In this document: one piece after another, positions 18,848 through 29,100 of the stretch | How positions within the stretch are numbered: the stretch's first letter is position 1 | How the letters are laid out: each line of letters begins with the position of its first letter | Assembly (NCBI GenBank): GCA_963809895.1 | Contig: CAWELD010000003.1 | Location: 3,520,001 to 3,584,000, forward strand | Direction: 5' to 3' | Source of the DNA: an uncultured Gemmatimonadales bacterium | GTDB taxonomy: Bacteria; Gemmatimonadota; Gemmatimonadetes; Longimicrobiales; Gaopeijiaceae | DNA length: 64,000 nt | Notes under the pieces: generated by a model | Seen by the model: only the letters and a program-made list of their open reading frames with translations | Database searches by the model: none | What the model was told of the DNA's origin: nothing | Position numbers and translations under genes: made by a program

Positions 18848-20206
18848 TCACTTCCCGATGCAGAAGGAAGAGAACAGACGATCCAGCACCTCTTCCGGCG
18901 ACAGCACGCCCAACGTCTCCTCCAGGGCCGTCTCGGCGCTCCGCAGGTGCGTGGCCGCCATCTCGGCCGGCACGCCGCCTTCGAGGGCATCGGCGAACTC
19001 CGTGACCTCCCGGCGCGCTCGACGCACGCCCGCCACCTGCCGCTCGCGGGTGAGCACGGGCGCGTCGTCTCCCGCCTCCATACTGCCGAACACGAGCTCG
19101 CGCAGACGGTTCCGGAGGACGTCGAGACCCTCACCGTTACGCACGGACACGGCGATCCAGGGAGCCTCGGGCCGCTCCTCGCCCTCATCGGCCTTGGTGC
19201 GCACCCGCACCACCGGCACGCTGGCCCGGAGCTCACGGTCCACGAAGGCCCGTTCGGCGTCCTGTAACGGCCGGCCCGCCTCGGCGCAGAAGAGGACGAC
19301 GTCGGCCGCCCGCAGAAAGCGCTGCGCCACCTCGATCCCCAGCCGCTCCACGGTCTCGTCGGTCTCCCGGAGTCCCGCCGTGTCCACGAGCCGGAAGGGA
19401 TAGCCCCCGACCGAGGCCTGCACCTCCACCGCGTCTCGGGTCGTGCCGGGAATCTCGGTCACCAACGCCCGCTCCTCGCCCAGCAACGCGTTGAACAGAC
19501 TCGACTTGCCGACGTTGGGCCGGCCCGCGAGCACCACCAGCGCGCCCTCACGCAGCAACTCGCCCTCCGGCGCCGTGGCCTCGAGGCGCTCCAGGGCACG
19601 CGTTACCTGGCGTGCCCGGCCGACGATGTCGCCCACCGGCACCGGCGCGTCGTCTTCTTCGGGAAAGTCCAGGTGGTGGGTGAGCAACGCTTCCAGATCG
19701 ATCAGCGAGTCCCGCAATGCGGCCAGCCGCCGCGACAAACCCCCCTCGAGTTGCCGCAGGGCGTTGCGATGGAGCGCGCGACTCCGGGCCTCCACCAGAT
19801 CGGCCACCGCCTCGGCCTGCACCATGTCCACCTTGCCAGCCAGGAAGGCCCGCCGGGTGAACTCGCCGGGCTCGGCCCGGCGCGCACCCGCGGCCCGGCA
19901 CGCCTCCTCCACGAGTCGGGGCGCGAGCCCACCGCCGTGGCCGGAGATCTCGACCGCGTCCTCGCCGGTGTAGCTCCCGGGACCCGGATACCACGTGACC
20001 AGCGCGCGGTCCGCTGGCTCACCGGTGGAGGGATGGAGGATTCGGGCCAGCGTGGCCCGCCGGGCCGGGGGCAGACCCTCCAGCCCCGGCGCCACCGCGA
20101 GCAGAATCTCCGCCGCCCTCGGCCCCGACAGGCGTACCACCGCCAACGCACCCCGCCCCTGCGGGGTGGCCGTGGCGACGATGGTGTCGTGGAGAGGGTC
20201 GCTCAC
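18848..20206 (-). CDS. mnmE: tRNA modification GTPase MnmE
   Basis: DTIVATATP, GEFTRRAFL, GRPNVGKSS, GTTRD, DTAG, C-terminal FCIGK. Confidence 0.97.
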   Translation of the reverse strand: MSDPLHDTIVATATPQGRGALAVVRLSGPRAAEILLAVAPGLEGLPPARRATLARILHPSTGEPADRALVTWYPGPGSYTGEDAVEISGHGGGLAPRLVEEACRAAGARRAEPGEFTRRAFLAGKVDMVQAEAVADLVEARSRALHRNALRQLEGGLSRRLAALRDSLIDLEALLTHHLDFPEEDDAPVPVGDIVGRARQVTRALERLEATAPEGELLREGALVVLAGRPNVGKSSLFNALLGEERALVTEIPGTTRDAVEVQASVGGYPFRLVDTAGLRETDETVERLGIEVAQRFLRAADVVLFCAEAGRPLQDAERAFVDRELRASVPVVRVRTKADEGEERPEAPWIAVSVRNGEGLDVLRNRLRELVFGSMEAGDDAPVLTRERQVAGVRRARREVTEFADALEGGVPAEMAATHLRSAETALEETLGVLSPEEVLDRLFSSFCIGK

Positions 20207-20261
20207 GCTGTCTCCGGCGATGCCCGGGGGTGGTCCGAGCAGCCCGAGACCACCCCCGCGG

Positions 20262-22010
20262 TCAGTCCTTGGTTTCGCTCAGTTTGACGGGACCCCGCGC
20301 GGCGACGCGTTTCCGTTCCCTGGCGATGAGGAGCTGCTGGGGAATCGTGGCGATGTTGGCCGTCGCGTAATAGAGGTTCAGCCCCGACGGGAACTGCATG
20401 AAGATGAACCCGAAGAAGAGCGGCATGAACCACATCATCATCTTCATCTGCGGGTTCGACTGCGGCATGGACTTCATGCTGATCCACTGCAGCGAGAACA
20501 TGGACAGCGCCAGGAACACGGGCAGAATGAAGAGCGGGTCCTTGGCCGAGAGATCCGGGAGCCAGTAGAAGGGGACGCCCCGGAGCTCGATGGTGTTCTG
20601 GAAGACGAAGAAGAGCGCGATGAGCACCGGCCAGGGAAGGAGCATGGGCAAGCATCCCGCCAGGGGATTGAACCCGTACTCCTTGTAGAGGCGCATCATC
20701 TCCTTCTGCATGCGCTCCGGATTGTCCTTGTACTTGGTCTGGATCTCCTTCACGAGGGGCTGGACCGCCATGTTGCGCATCTGCGCCCGCATGGCCTTCT
20801 GGTTCAGCGGCCAGAGAATGACCCGCATGAGCACGCCGAAGACCACCAGGACCCAGCCGTAGCCCAGCTTCAGGTTGTCGTGGAGGAAGTTCAGGATCCA
20901 GAGGATTACGCCGACGATGGGGCGCACCACCGGCCGCATGAACTTCCAGCCGTAGGGGTTCACCTCTTCCAGATCCGTTCCCATGGATTGCAGGCGGGCG
21001 TACTCCTGCGGACCCATGTAGAGCCGATAGTGGAACAGCCCGTCGGGGCTCACGGACTGGGTGACGGCCACGTGGGCGTGGTTCTCGCCCGGGACCGGAG
21101 ACACCAGGATCCCCCCCAGATAGTCTTCCTGATCGCCCTGGCCGGTCCCGGGCAGGATCGCCATGACGAAGTACTTGCTCTTGAAGGCCACCCAGCGGAA
21201 CGGCCCGTTCTGCACCTCGGCCTCGTCCACCTTGGTCAGCGGCGTGGCGTTGATGCCCTCGCTCACGTGGTTCCCCACGTACGCCATGGAGCGGACCTCC
21301 TGGGCCGAGTCCGCCTCGTTGAAGGCCATGCCCTCGCCCAGGTCCGTCACCAGGAGAGGCCGCTCGACCCCGGAGACGTCGGCGCTGACCTGGACCACGT
21401 AATCGTCGGGATCGAAGGTGTAGGCGAGCTCCACCGAGACGTCGGTGCCGGGCTGGGACCAGGTGAAGGTGAGCTCCTGCGGGCCACCGCCCTGGTTGAG
21501 CCGTAGCCCGTCCTGGGGCGACACGCGGAACGGGAGATCACGCAACTCCAGCGTGTCCGGCCCCACCACGAGCCGCTTGCCCAACGCCGCCGTCCCGTCG
21601 GGGAGCAGCCGCACCGGCCCGTCACCCTGTCGTAGCGACTTGAAACGGACCAGCTCCGCCGACACCAGCTCCGCGCCGTGGCTGGAGAAGGTGTAGCGGT
21701 AGAGGGGGCCCTCCACGAGGATCTGGCGCTCGGGCGCCACCGAATCGGCCGCCTGGGGCTCCACGTCCGCCGCGGCGGCCTGGTCGCTGGACGCCTGCCC
21801 CGGCGCCGGCTGGGCCTCGGGCGCGCCCGTGGCCGGCAGGCCCCCGGTCACCGAGTCCGAGGAAGGCCTCGCACCCGTATCGGCCTGCATCGCCACCGAG
21901 TCTGCCGCGACGGCCGGCGGCTCCTGAACCGGGGGAAAGAGCAGGTTGGTCCCGACCAGGACCACGAGCATGAGCGCGATGGCGAGCAGAAAGCGAACTT
22001 CAGTTCTCAT
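20262..22010 (-). CDS. yidC: Membrane protein insertase YidC
   Basis: N-terminal TM, periplasmic domain, [28 protein letters not shown]. Confidence 0.96.
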   Translation of the reverse strand: MRTEVRFLLAIALMLVVLVGTNLLFPPVQEPPAVAADSVAMQADTGARPSSDSVTGGLPATGAPEAQPAPGQASSDQAAAADVEPQAADSVAPERQILVEGPLYRYTFSSHGAELVSAELVRFKSLRQGDGPVRLLPDGTAALGKRLVVGPDTLELRDLPFRVSPQDGLRLNQGGGPQELTFTWSQPGTDVSVELAYTFDPDDYVVQVSADVSGVERPLLVTDLGEGMAFNEADSAQEVRSMAYVGNHVSEGINATPLTKVDEAEVQNGPFRWVAFKSKYFVMAILPGTGQGDQEDYLGGILVSPVPGENHAHVAVTQSVSPDGLFHYRLYMGPQEYARLQSMGTDLEEVNPYGWKFMRPVVRPIVGVILWILNFLHDNLKLGYGWVLVVFGVLMRVILWPLNQKAMRAQMRNMAVQPLVKEIQTKYKDNPERMQKEMMRLYKEYGFNPLAGCLPMLLPWPVLIALFFVFQNTIELRGVPFYWLPDLSAKDPLFILPVFLALSMFSLQWISMKSMPQSNPQMKMMMWFMPLFFGFIFMQFPSGLNLYYATANIATIPQQLLIARERKRVAARGPVKLSETKD

Positions 22011-22279
22011 TTCGTCGTCGTGTCAAAGCCGTGCCGGGTCCTCGTCGACTCGTGTTCGTCCGGCACGGGAGGCACGGGATCGTACCCGTGGCCTCCCCAG
22101 GGATGGCACCGCAGCAGGCGCCGAAGCGTCAACCAGCTACCTCTCAGCGCCCCGTGGCGCTCCAGTGCCTCCACGGCGTACTGAGAGCACGTGGGCTCGT
22201 ACCGGCAGCTCGGCGGCATGAGGGGCGAGATCCCGACCTGGTAGACCCGAACCAGGCCGATCAGCACCCGGCGGACCAC
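22007..22279 (-). CDS. yidD: Membrane protein insertion efficiency factor YidD
   Basis: [10 protein letters not shown] and [17 protein letters not shown] start after GGAGG. Confidence 0.95.
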   Translation of the reverse strand: MVRRVLIGLVRVYQVGISPLMPPSCRYEPTCSQYAVEALERHGALRGSWLTLRRLLRCHPWGGHGYDPVPPVPDEHESTRTRHGFDTTTK

Positions 22280-22671
22280 GTGTCCTCCACGAACGCCACG
22301 AGTTGATCGCGGAGCTCGCCGAACGAGGCCTCGAAGGCCCCCCGCCGTGCCCGTACCAGCACATCCACACACACGCCCCTCCCTTCGAGACGAGGCAGAA
22401 CCTCCGTGCGCCCGATCTCACGCAGGCGCCGGCGCACGCGGTTGCGATCCACGATGCGGTGCCCGTGCTTGGGCACCACCGCGCCGTACCGAGAATGCGA
22501 AACGGGGGAAGCCGCGAAGAAGACGTCCAGGTGGGGCGTCCTCTTCCGCTTCCCCCGTGCATGCAACGCCCGGATCTCCCGGGCGCTGCGGATGCGGCTC
22601 GAGGGAGGGAACCGGAATCCGCCCGGCCTGCCCGGACTCGGCGTCTCCGCCGGCGGGCCAGCCGTGCTCAC
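22261..22671 (-). CDS. rnpA: Ribonuclease P protein component
   Basis: [21 protein letters not shown] (RNR motif); sits between rpmH and yidD. Confidence 0.92.
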   Translation of the reverse strand: MSTAGPPAETPSPGRPGGFRFPPSSRIRSAREIRALHARGKRKRTPHLDVFFAASPVSHSRYGAVVPKHGHRIVDRNRVRRRLREIGRTEVLPRLEGRGVCVDVLVRARRGAFEASFGELRDQLVAFVEDTWSAGC

Positions 22672-22676
22672 GACCC

Positions 22677-22826
22677 CTACTTCGAGCCGGTCCTCACCGT
22701 GAGGCGCGCGCGGCCCTTCTTGCGACGGGCCGACAGCACCTTGCGGCCGCCCCGGGTCTTCATACGGGCGCGGAACCCGTGCTTGTTCGCGCGCTTCCGG
22801 TTGCGAGGCCGATAGGTGGGCTTCAT
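22677..22826 (-). CDS. rpmH: 50S ribosomal protein L34
   Basis: [42 protein letters not shown]. Confidence 0.98.
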   Translation of the reverse strand: MKPTYRPRNRKRANKHGFRARMKTRGGRKVLSARRKKGRARLTVRTGSK

Positions 22827-22877
22827 GGTGTACCGCCCGGTGTTTGGGGTCCAGAATCGTCTGAAGTCGAGCAGGGA

Positions 22878-22907
22878 AACATAGACGCGGAGCCGGAAGA
22901 CCGTCAA
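22878..22907 (-). promoter_or_regulatory. Putative rpmH operon promoter
   Basis: TTGACG-N18-TATGTT on the minus strand. Confidence 0.6.
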
Positions 22908-22972
22908 CCCCGTGGGCGTCCATGGGAAGCGGGTCGCCCACAGCGCCGTATCCGCGTCGGCGCGGGACGGAA

Positions 22973-23034
22973 TTGACTTTTCCACAGGCCAACTCTAGCT
23001 TCGCTCTCCCTCGATTCCGAGGGTCGTTCCCACA
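22973..23034 (+). promoter_or_regulatory. dnaA promoter with overlapping DnaA box (autoregulation)
   Basis: TTGACT(22973)-N17-TAGCTT(22996). Consensus box TTTTCCACA at 22978-22986 overlaps the -35 and spacer; weaker GTTCCCACA at 23026. Confidence 0.7.
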
Positions 23035-23092
23035 ATCCGCGCACCCCTTCTCGAGCCGTCCGGCCCCGGGCCGAACGGAGGCCCCGCCGTCC

Positions 23093-24493
23093 ATGGAGCT
23101 TACCGCGTCCGAGCTCTGGTCGAACATCCTGGAGTCCGCCCGATCGGGCCTCCCGGAGCAGAGCTTCAAGACGTGGCTTTCCGGCACCCGGGCCATCGCC
23201 CTGTCCGAGTCCGAGCTCCAGGTGGAAGCCCCCAGCGAATTCCACGTCGAGTGGATCGAGGACAAGTACCGCCCGGTCCTCACCGAGTTGGCCGAGCGCA
23301 TCCTGGGTCGTCGTCTCCAGCTGAGCTTCCGGACGGGCACGCCGGCCGGTCCCTCGCTTCCCAGCGTCGAGGTCGTGCCACCCACGCCCGTCCCCGACGC
23401 GCAGCCCCGGCCGAGCCAGGCTCCCCCCGGCCATCGCCCGGGTTTGAACGAGCGATACACCTTCGAGCGCTTCGTGGTGGGCAACAACAACCAGCTCGCG
23501 GCGGCCGCCTGCCACGCCGTCGCCGAGAAGCCCGCGCGCATGTACAACCCCCTCTTCCTGTACGGAGGCGTGGGCCTGGGCAAGACCCATCTGATGCATG
23601 CCATCGGCAATCACATCCTCGAGGCGAGCCTCGACAAGCGCGTCACCTACGTATCCAGCGAGCAGTTCATGAACGAGTTGGTGACCTCCATCCAGGAGGG
23701 CACCACCGGTGAGTTCCGCCGGCGCTATCGGCAGATGGACCTCCTCCTCGTGGACGATGTCCACTTCCTGGAAGGGAAGGAACGCACCCAGGAGGAGTTC
23801 TTCCACACCTTCAACGCCCTCTACGACGCCCAGAAGCAGATCATTCTCACCAGCGACCGTCCTCCCAAGGAGATCCCGGGGCTCGAGGACCGACTGGTGA
23901 GCCGCTTCGAGTGGGGCCTGGTGGCCGACATCAAGCCCCCGGACTACGAAACCCGCGTCGCGATCCTGAGAAAGAAGGCCGCCGACGACCACCTGACGCT
24001 GGACGACCCGGTCATAGACTTCATCGCACACGCCTGCACCGCGTCGGTGCGCGAGCTCGAAGGCGCCGTCATCAAGTTGCTCGCCTATTCTTCGCTGACC
24101 AACCAGGAGATCACCGTCGAGCTGGCCCGCACCGCGCTCAGCGGAATGATCCAGGACGATCCGGGCAGCCATGGAGGTCGCCCGAGCCTCACCGCCGAGA
24201 CCATCCGCGAGGTGGTCGCCCGCCGCTGGGGGGTCAAGGTGGAGGCGCTGACCTCGAAGCGCCGCACCAAGGACGTGACGGTACCTCGACAGGTCGCCAT
24301 GTTCCTCATCCGAGAGATCCTGGACCTTCCGCTGGTGCAGATCGGCGAGCGCTTCGGCGGCCGCGACCACTCCACCGTCATCCATTCCGTGCGCAAGGTC
24401 GAGGATCTGATCGAAGAAGACGAGGAATTCAAGGACCAGGTCGACGGCGCTCGTAGGGAGCTCCTGGAGCCTGCCGGGAGAGCCCACAAGTGA
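23093..24493 (+). CDS. dnaA: Chromosomal replication initiator DnaA
   Basis: YTFERFVVG, YNPLFLYGGVGLGKTHL, QEEFFHTFN, RELEGA, GGRDHSTVIHS. Confidence 0.98.
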   Translation: MELTASELWSNILESARSGLPEQSFKTWLSGTRAIALSESELQVEAPSEFHVEWIEDKYRPVLTELAERILGRRLQLSFRTGTPAGPSLPSVEVVPPTPVPDAQPRPSQAPPGHRPGLNERYTFERFVVGNNNQLAAAACHAVAEKPARMYNPLFLYGGVGLGKTHLMHAIGNHILEASLDKRVTYVSSEQFMNELVTSIQEGTTGEFRRRYRQMDLLLVDDVHFLEGKERTQEEFFHTFNALYDAQKQIILTSDRPPKEIPGLEDRLVSRFEWGLVADIKPPDYETRVAILRKKAADDHLTLDDPVIDFIAHACTASVRELEGAVIKLLAYSSLTNQEITVELARTALSGMIQDDPGSHGGRPSLTAETIREVVARRWGVKVEALTSKRRTKDVTVPRQVAMFLIREILDLPLVQIGERFGGRDHSTVIHSVRKVEDLIEEDEEFKDQVDGARRELLEPAGRAHK

Positions 24494-24754
24494 CGTGGAG
24501 AAGTGTTGAAAACCATGGCAGTTCTCCCCGGTCCCGACGTCTGGGCCGGGTTCTCCACGCGGGCCCTTCCCTTGTCCACGCACGATCCACAGCCACCTTC
24601 AGCGGTGTTCGTGGCGACACGCCGCCACGCACTCCCTTGACAACCACAGCTGTCCACAGCTCCACACCCTCTACTACTACTCCTTTTCTTTTATAAGGGA
24701 GAACATAGAGATTAGGGCCCTGTGGAGACGTTGACTGACCCGAGTGGAGGCTTC
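24494..24754. other. oriC: Replication origin oriC (dnaA-dnaN intergenic region)
   Basis: DnaA-box-like 9-mers at 24494, 24504, 24522, 24551, 24572, 24583, 24650, 24658 and 24721; then DnaA-trio-like CTACTACTACT (24671-24681) and AT-rich CCTTTTCTTTTATAA (24682-24696). Confidence 0.88.
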
Positions 24755-25891
24755 ATGAGATTCACCATCACCCGCCAGAATCTTCACCACGGCCTGGCAG
24801 CCGTCTCGGCCAGCATCCCGAGCAAGACGACGCTCCCGGTGCTTTCGAACATCCTGTTCGAGACCACGGAGGACGGGGTGTGGATGAGCGGGACGGACCT
24901 GGACGTGTCCGTGCGGGTGAAGGTCCCGGCCGATGTCCACGAGGCCGGAAGCCTCACGGCACCGGGCAAGAAGCTCCAGGAGATCACGCGGGAGCTACCC
25001 GACCAGCCGGTGGAGATCGGAACCCGCGGCGACCAGATCGAGCTCCAGTGTGGTCGCAGCCGCTTCAAGCTCAACGGGCTTCCCGCCGACGAATTTCCCT
25101 CGCTGCCCGGCGTGGACTTCGAGAGCAGCGTGACCGTGGCCGGCCAGGACCTTCACCGTCTCATCCACCACACCTCGTTCGCGGTCTCCACCGAGGAGAG
25201 CCGACCGATCCTCAACGGGGTGCTGTGGGAGCTCCGGGACGGCTCCATGCGCATGGTGGCCACCAACGGACATCGGTTGGCCCGCATGGGCGTGCCCACC
25301 GGACCGTCGTCGCTCACCAGCACCGACTTCATCGTACCTCCGGCCGCGCTCCAGCAGGTGCAGCGGCTCCTGGAGGAGGATGCGGACATCGAGGTGGCGT
25401 GGGACAGCGGCAGCGACGGGAGCGCCCGCAAGAACCACCTGGGCTTCCGCTCGTCGGGGACCGAGGTCTACACGCGTCTCATCGAGGGCTCGTATCCGAA
25501 CTACGAGCAGGTCATCCCCAAGGACAACGACAAGTACGCCATCGTGGAGAAGCGGACCCTGGAGTCCGCCGTGCGCCGCATGGCCGTGGTGGCCAGCGAC
25601 CAGACGCACCGGATCCGGCTCACCTTCGAGAGCGATCGAGTCCATCTCAACGTGCTCACCCCGGACCTGGGCGAGGGCCACGACGAGCTCGAGCTGTCGT
25701 TCACCGGCGAGGGGCTGGAGATCGGCTTCAACGCCAACTATCTCCTGGAAGTCCTGCGCTACATGCCCACCGACGAGGTCAAGATGACCTTCAAGGCGCC
25801 GGAGCGGGCCGCCACCCTGGAACCGGTGACGCCCGACGACGAGCCCATGGATTATCTCTGCCTGGTGATGCCGCTGCGTCTGCTGGACTGA
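24755..25891 (+). CDS. dnaN: DNA polymerase III beta sliding clamp
   Basis: TTLPVLSN, GTDLD, ESRPILNGV, VATNGHRL, RLIEGSYPNY, C-terminal LVMPLRL. ATG after GGAGG. Confidence 0.97.
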   Translation: MRFTITRQNLHHGLAAVSASIPSKTTLPVLSNILFETTEDGVWMSGTDLDVSVRVKVPADVHEAGSLTAPGKKLQEITRELPDQPVEIGTRGDQIELQCGRSRFKLNGLPADEFPSLPGVDFESSVTVAGQDLHRLIHHTSFAVSTEESRPILNGVLWELRDGSMRMVATNGHRLARMGVPTGPSSLTSTDFIVPPAALQQVQRLLEEDADIEVAWDSGSDGSARKNHLGFRSSGTEVYTRLIEGSYPNYEQVIPKDNDKYAIVEKRTLESAVRRMAVVASDQTHRIRLTFESDRVHLNVLTPDLGEGHDELELSFTGEGLEIGFNANYLLEVLRYMPTDEVKMTFKAPERAATLEPVTPDDEPMDYLCLVMPLRLLD

Positions 25892-25931
25892 GAGGGAGCG
25901 GGCGACTTCGGCCCGCGCCGAGCACGGACCA

Positions 25932-26492
25932 TCAGGCGGAGCGCGCCGCTTCCAGGAGCTCGGGGCCGGTGAAGACGGCCACGAGCGGGTAGCCGGCGTC
26001 GTCGAGGCGCCCCCGCCCGCCCTCCTGGCGGTCCACCAGGGTGAGGACGCCGACCACCGTGCAACCGTGCTCCCGCACCGCTGCTATGGCCTTCAGCGCG
26101 CTGCCCCCGGTGGTCATGGAGTCTTCCACCACCAGGCAGCGCGCACCCTCGGGCAGGCCCCCCTCGATCCGTTGGCCGGTCCCGTGCTCCTTCGCCTTCT
26201 TGCGCACGGAGAAGGCGTCCCTCGGGCTTCCCCGGAGAAAGCTCTCACGGGCGATGGCGTAGGCCACCGGATCGGCGCCCATGGTGAGACCGCCCACGTG
26301 CGAGAACTCGATCCCGCTGGCGGTGAGGGCCTCCCAGCATACCTTTCCGGTGAGGACCTGGCCTTCGGCGGACATGGTCGTCCTGCGGGCGTCGACGTAG
26401 TAGGACGAACGCGCCCCACTGGCCAGGGTAAACTCACCGAGGCGCACCGAACGCTCCACCAGGAGCTCCTTGAGACGATCGCGAGATTCCAT
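25932..26492 (-). CDS. pyrE: Orotate phosphoribosyltransferase
   Basis: FTLASG.SSYYVD, RKKAKEHG, VVEDSMTTGGS (PRPP motif). Confidence 0.95.
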   Translation of the reverse strand: MESRDRLKELLVERSVRLGEFTLASGARSSYYVDARRTTMSAEGQVLTGKVCWEALTASGIEFSHVGGLTMGADPVAYAIARESFLRGSPRDAFSVRKKAKEHGTGQRIEGGLPEGARCLVVEDSMTTGGSALKAIAAVREHGCTVVGVLTLVDRQEGGRGRLDDAGYPLVAVFTGPELLEAARSA

Positions 26493-26546
26493 GCCGCCAT
26501 GCTCCGCTTCGGGCCTCGCGGCGTCAAGCCCCACCGTCATCACCGT

Positions 26547-27566
26547 ATGAGTCCGACCTTGCTCCCCACCTCCGCACGCCGACACGCTCGACGGGTGTTC
26601 GCACCCGTCGTGGGCGCGCTCGTGCTGCTCGGTTCCGTGGGCGTCACCGCGTGTCAGGAAGGGGGCACGGTGGACCCCGGCACCACCCGCTTCGGGCAGG
26701 TAGGGTCCGTGCGCCTGGTCATGGAAACGCCGCTGGCGCTGGGTGAAGGACAGCTTCGGCAGGAGCTGGAGTGGAGCTCCGACGGCACGTGGACGCTGCG
26801 TGAGACGGTCCTCTACGACGGCGTGGCCGGCGACAGCAACCTGACCCGCCTGTCGTCGAACATGGAGCTGTCGGCCGGGAAGTACGCCACCTGGATCGTG
26901 CAGGTGAACGATACGCCGGGCCTCGACCTCTTCGACACCGAGGCGCTGGACCCGTACCTGGATCCCGATTGCGCGGATCTCCAGTCCCGGGTCACGCTCA
27001 CCATCCGCGACGATGTCCGGAACCAGGAGAGCTCGTGGACCCGCTGCGCCCAAGGGCCTCTCAGGGACCTCACGCCGGTCGGCGCCGGACCCGATCCCGC
27101 GGCCAGTCGCGTGGCCATCGCCGGAACGCTGGCCCGCGCCAGCACCGTGGGGGACAAGTTCGCGTCGGTGTATCTGGGGACGGTTCCCTTCGCCACCATC
27201 GATCGTGGCGAGGACTCGGGCGCCGCCCTGACCACGCCCCTGGTGATCCAGGATCAGGCCGACTGGACCTCGTTCTGGTCCGAGCACTCGCGGAGCCAGG
27301 GACCCGCGCCGCAGGTGGATTTCGAGCGCGACCTGGTCCTGGTGGGAGCCGTGGGCCAGCGCGAAGAAGCGGGAGACAGCGTAGAGATCCGCCGGGTGCG
27401 CGCGGTCTCCGACGGTACCGTGGTGGAGCTCCACGAGCTGGTGCCCGGGGATTTCTGCTCGCCGGCCCAGAAGATCCACATCCCGTTCCACATCGTCCGG
27501 GTGCCTCGCGTGCCGCTGCCGATCCGCTACGCCGAGGTACAGGTGGACCTGGTGCCCTGTGGCTAG
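26547..27566 (+). CDS. Lipoprotein with C-terminal PrcB-like domain
   Basis: VTAC lipobox. C-terminal W..FW....PAPQVDFERDLVLV.....GDSVEI...PFHIVRVP resembles PrcB_C. Confidence 0.65.
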   Translation: MSPTLLPTSARRHARRVFAPVVGALVLLGSVGVTACQEGGTVDPGTTRFGQVGSVRLVMETPLALGEGQLRQELEWSSDGTWTLRETVLYDGVAGDSNLTRLSSNMELSAGKYATWIVQVNDTPGLDLFDTEALDPYLDPDCADLQSRVTLTIRDDVRNQESSWTRCAQGPLRDLTPVGAGPDPAASRVAIAGTLARASTVGDKFASVYLGTVPFATIDRGEDSGAALTTPLVIQDQADWTSFWSEHSRSQGPAPQVDFERDLVLVGAVGQREEAGDSVEIRRVRAVSDGTVVELHELVPGDFCSPAQKIHIPFHIVRVPRVPLPIRYAEVQVDLVPCG

Positions 27567-27630
27567 CGCGAGGCCGGGAGGCCCGGCGGGCTGCCCCGTG
27601 CGTGGGCGCCATGACAACTCCGGCCCGCTG

Positions 27631-29046
27631 ATGTCGATCCGGCGGCAGTTCGTCCTGGCGCTGGCCCTCTTCGCGGTCCTGCTCGCCGTTCTCTATGGCC
27701 TGGTGGCCCGGCGGGTGTCACGCCAGGCCCTGGAGGCCGAGCTGGACCGCCGGCTGGTGTGGGTGGCGGGAGCCGCCGCCGCCACGGGCATCGTGGGCGA
27801 GGACGTGAAGTGGTTCGCGCCGGGCGACGAGGGCGACCCCTTCTGGATCGCGTACCACAACCGGCTCGACTCGCTCAAGGCGCACTACGTGGCCGGCGCG
27901 TGGATCTTCAACGGGGTCAAGAAGGAGGCGCTGGTCACCGCCGAGGCCGCCGACTCCATTCCCATCGGCACGCCGCTGCGCTTCCTGGAACAGTACGACG
28001 AGGCCATTCGGCGGGTGCTCCGCGACGGAAGCGCCACCACCGACTTCTTCGCGTATCAGGGCCGGCTCTACAAGTACGGCTTCGTGCGCCTGGATCCCAA
28101 CGCGATCCTGGCGGTGCTCATGCCCGCCGACTTCCTGGTGCCCCTGAGCCGCCTGAACCGCTCTCTCGTGTGGGGCACGCTGTTGGCGCTGGCGCTGGCG
28201 GTGGGCCTGGGCATGCTCCTGGCAGGGGGCATCGCCCGTCCCGTGGAGCATCTCAGCCGCGCTGCCATCCGCATCCAGCGGGGGCGCATGGACCGGGAGG
28301 TCTCGCTCCAGCGCCGGGACGAGCTGGGAAAGCTGGCCGATGCCATGGAGCGCATGCGCCGGGGGATCCTGGAGCGCGACGAGCAGCTTCGCCTCATGCT
28401 GGCCCAGGTCGCGCACGAGATCAGGAATCCCCTGGGGGGATTGGAGTTGTTCGCGTCGGCGGCCGCCGAGACCGACGATCCAGCCGAGCGGAAGCGTCAC
28501 ATGCGCCGGGTGCGCGAGGAGGTGGCGGCGCTGAACCGCATCATCGACGACTTCCTGACCTTCGCGCGTCCGTTGAAGGCCGAGCCCGAGCCCACGGATC
28601 TGCGGGTCGCGCTGGACGCCGCGGCCGACCTGGTCCGGGGCGAGCTGGAAGGCAAGGGAGGCACGCTGGAGCTCGCCCTGCCCGACGCTCCTCTCATGGC
28701 GCGGGCCGACGCCGACCAGGCCAAACGCGCGGTGCTGAACCTGCTTCGTAACGCTGCTCAGGTCTCGGACCGGGTCCGGCTGGCGGCCACGCTGGAGCGC
28801 GGTGAGGTGGTGGTGTCGGTGGCCGACGACGGGCCGGGGATTCCCGAAGAGGAGCGGGAGCGCATCTTCGACCCCTTCGTCACCGACAAGGAACAGGGTG
28901 CCGGGCTGGGGTTGGCCATCGTGCGCAAGGTCGCCGAAGCCCAGGGAGGGCGCGTCGAGGTGCTGGCCGCCGAAGACGGCGGCATTGGGACGGGGGCCGA
29001 GTTCCGCGTATATTTCCGGGGGATGGAGGACTTTCCCGCCGCGTAG
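27631..29046 (+). CDS. HAMP-domain sensor histidine kinase
   Basis: Two TMs, HAMP (RRDELGKLA), H-box AHEIRNPL, NLLRNA, DDGPG, GAGLGL. Confidence 0.93.
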   Translation: MSIRRQFVLALALFAVLLAVLYGLVARRVSRQALEAELDRRLVWVAGAAAATGIVGEDVKWFAPGDEGDPFWIAYHNRLDSLKAHYVAGAWIFNGVKKEALVTAEAADSIPIGTPLRFLEQYDEAIRRVLRDGSATTDFFAYQGRLYKYGFVRLDPNAILAVLMPADFLVPLSRLNRSLVWGTLLALALAVGLGMLLAGGIARPVEHLSRAAIRIQRGRMDREVSLQRRDELGKLADAMERMRRGILERDEQLRLMLAQVAHEIRNPLGGLELFASAAAETDDPAERKRHMRRVREEVAALNRIIDDFLTFARPLKAEPEPTDLRVALDAAADLVRGELEGKGGTLELALPDAPLMARADADQAKRAVLNLLRNAAQVSDRVRLAATLERGEVVVSVADDGPGIPEEERERIFDPFVTDKEQGAGLGLAIVRKVAEAQGGRVEVLAAEDGGIGTGAEFRVYFRGMEDFPAA

Positions 29047-29100
29047 TCCCATGCCCGTCGCGCCCCTTCGCTCTTCGATCCGCCCAATCCGGGAACGGTC

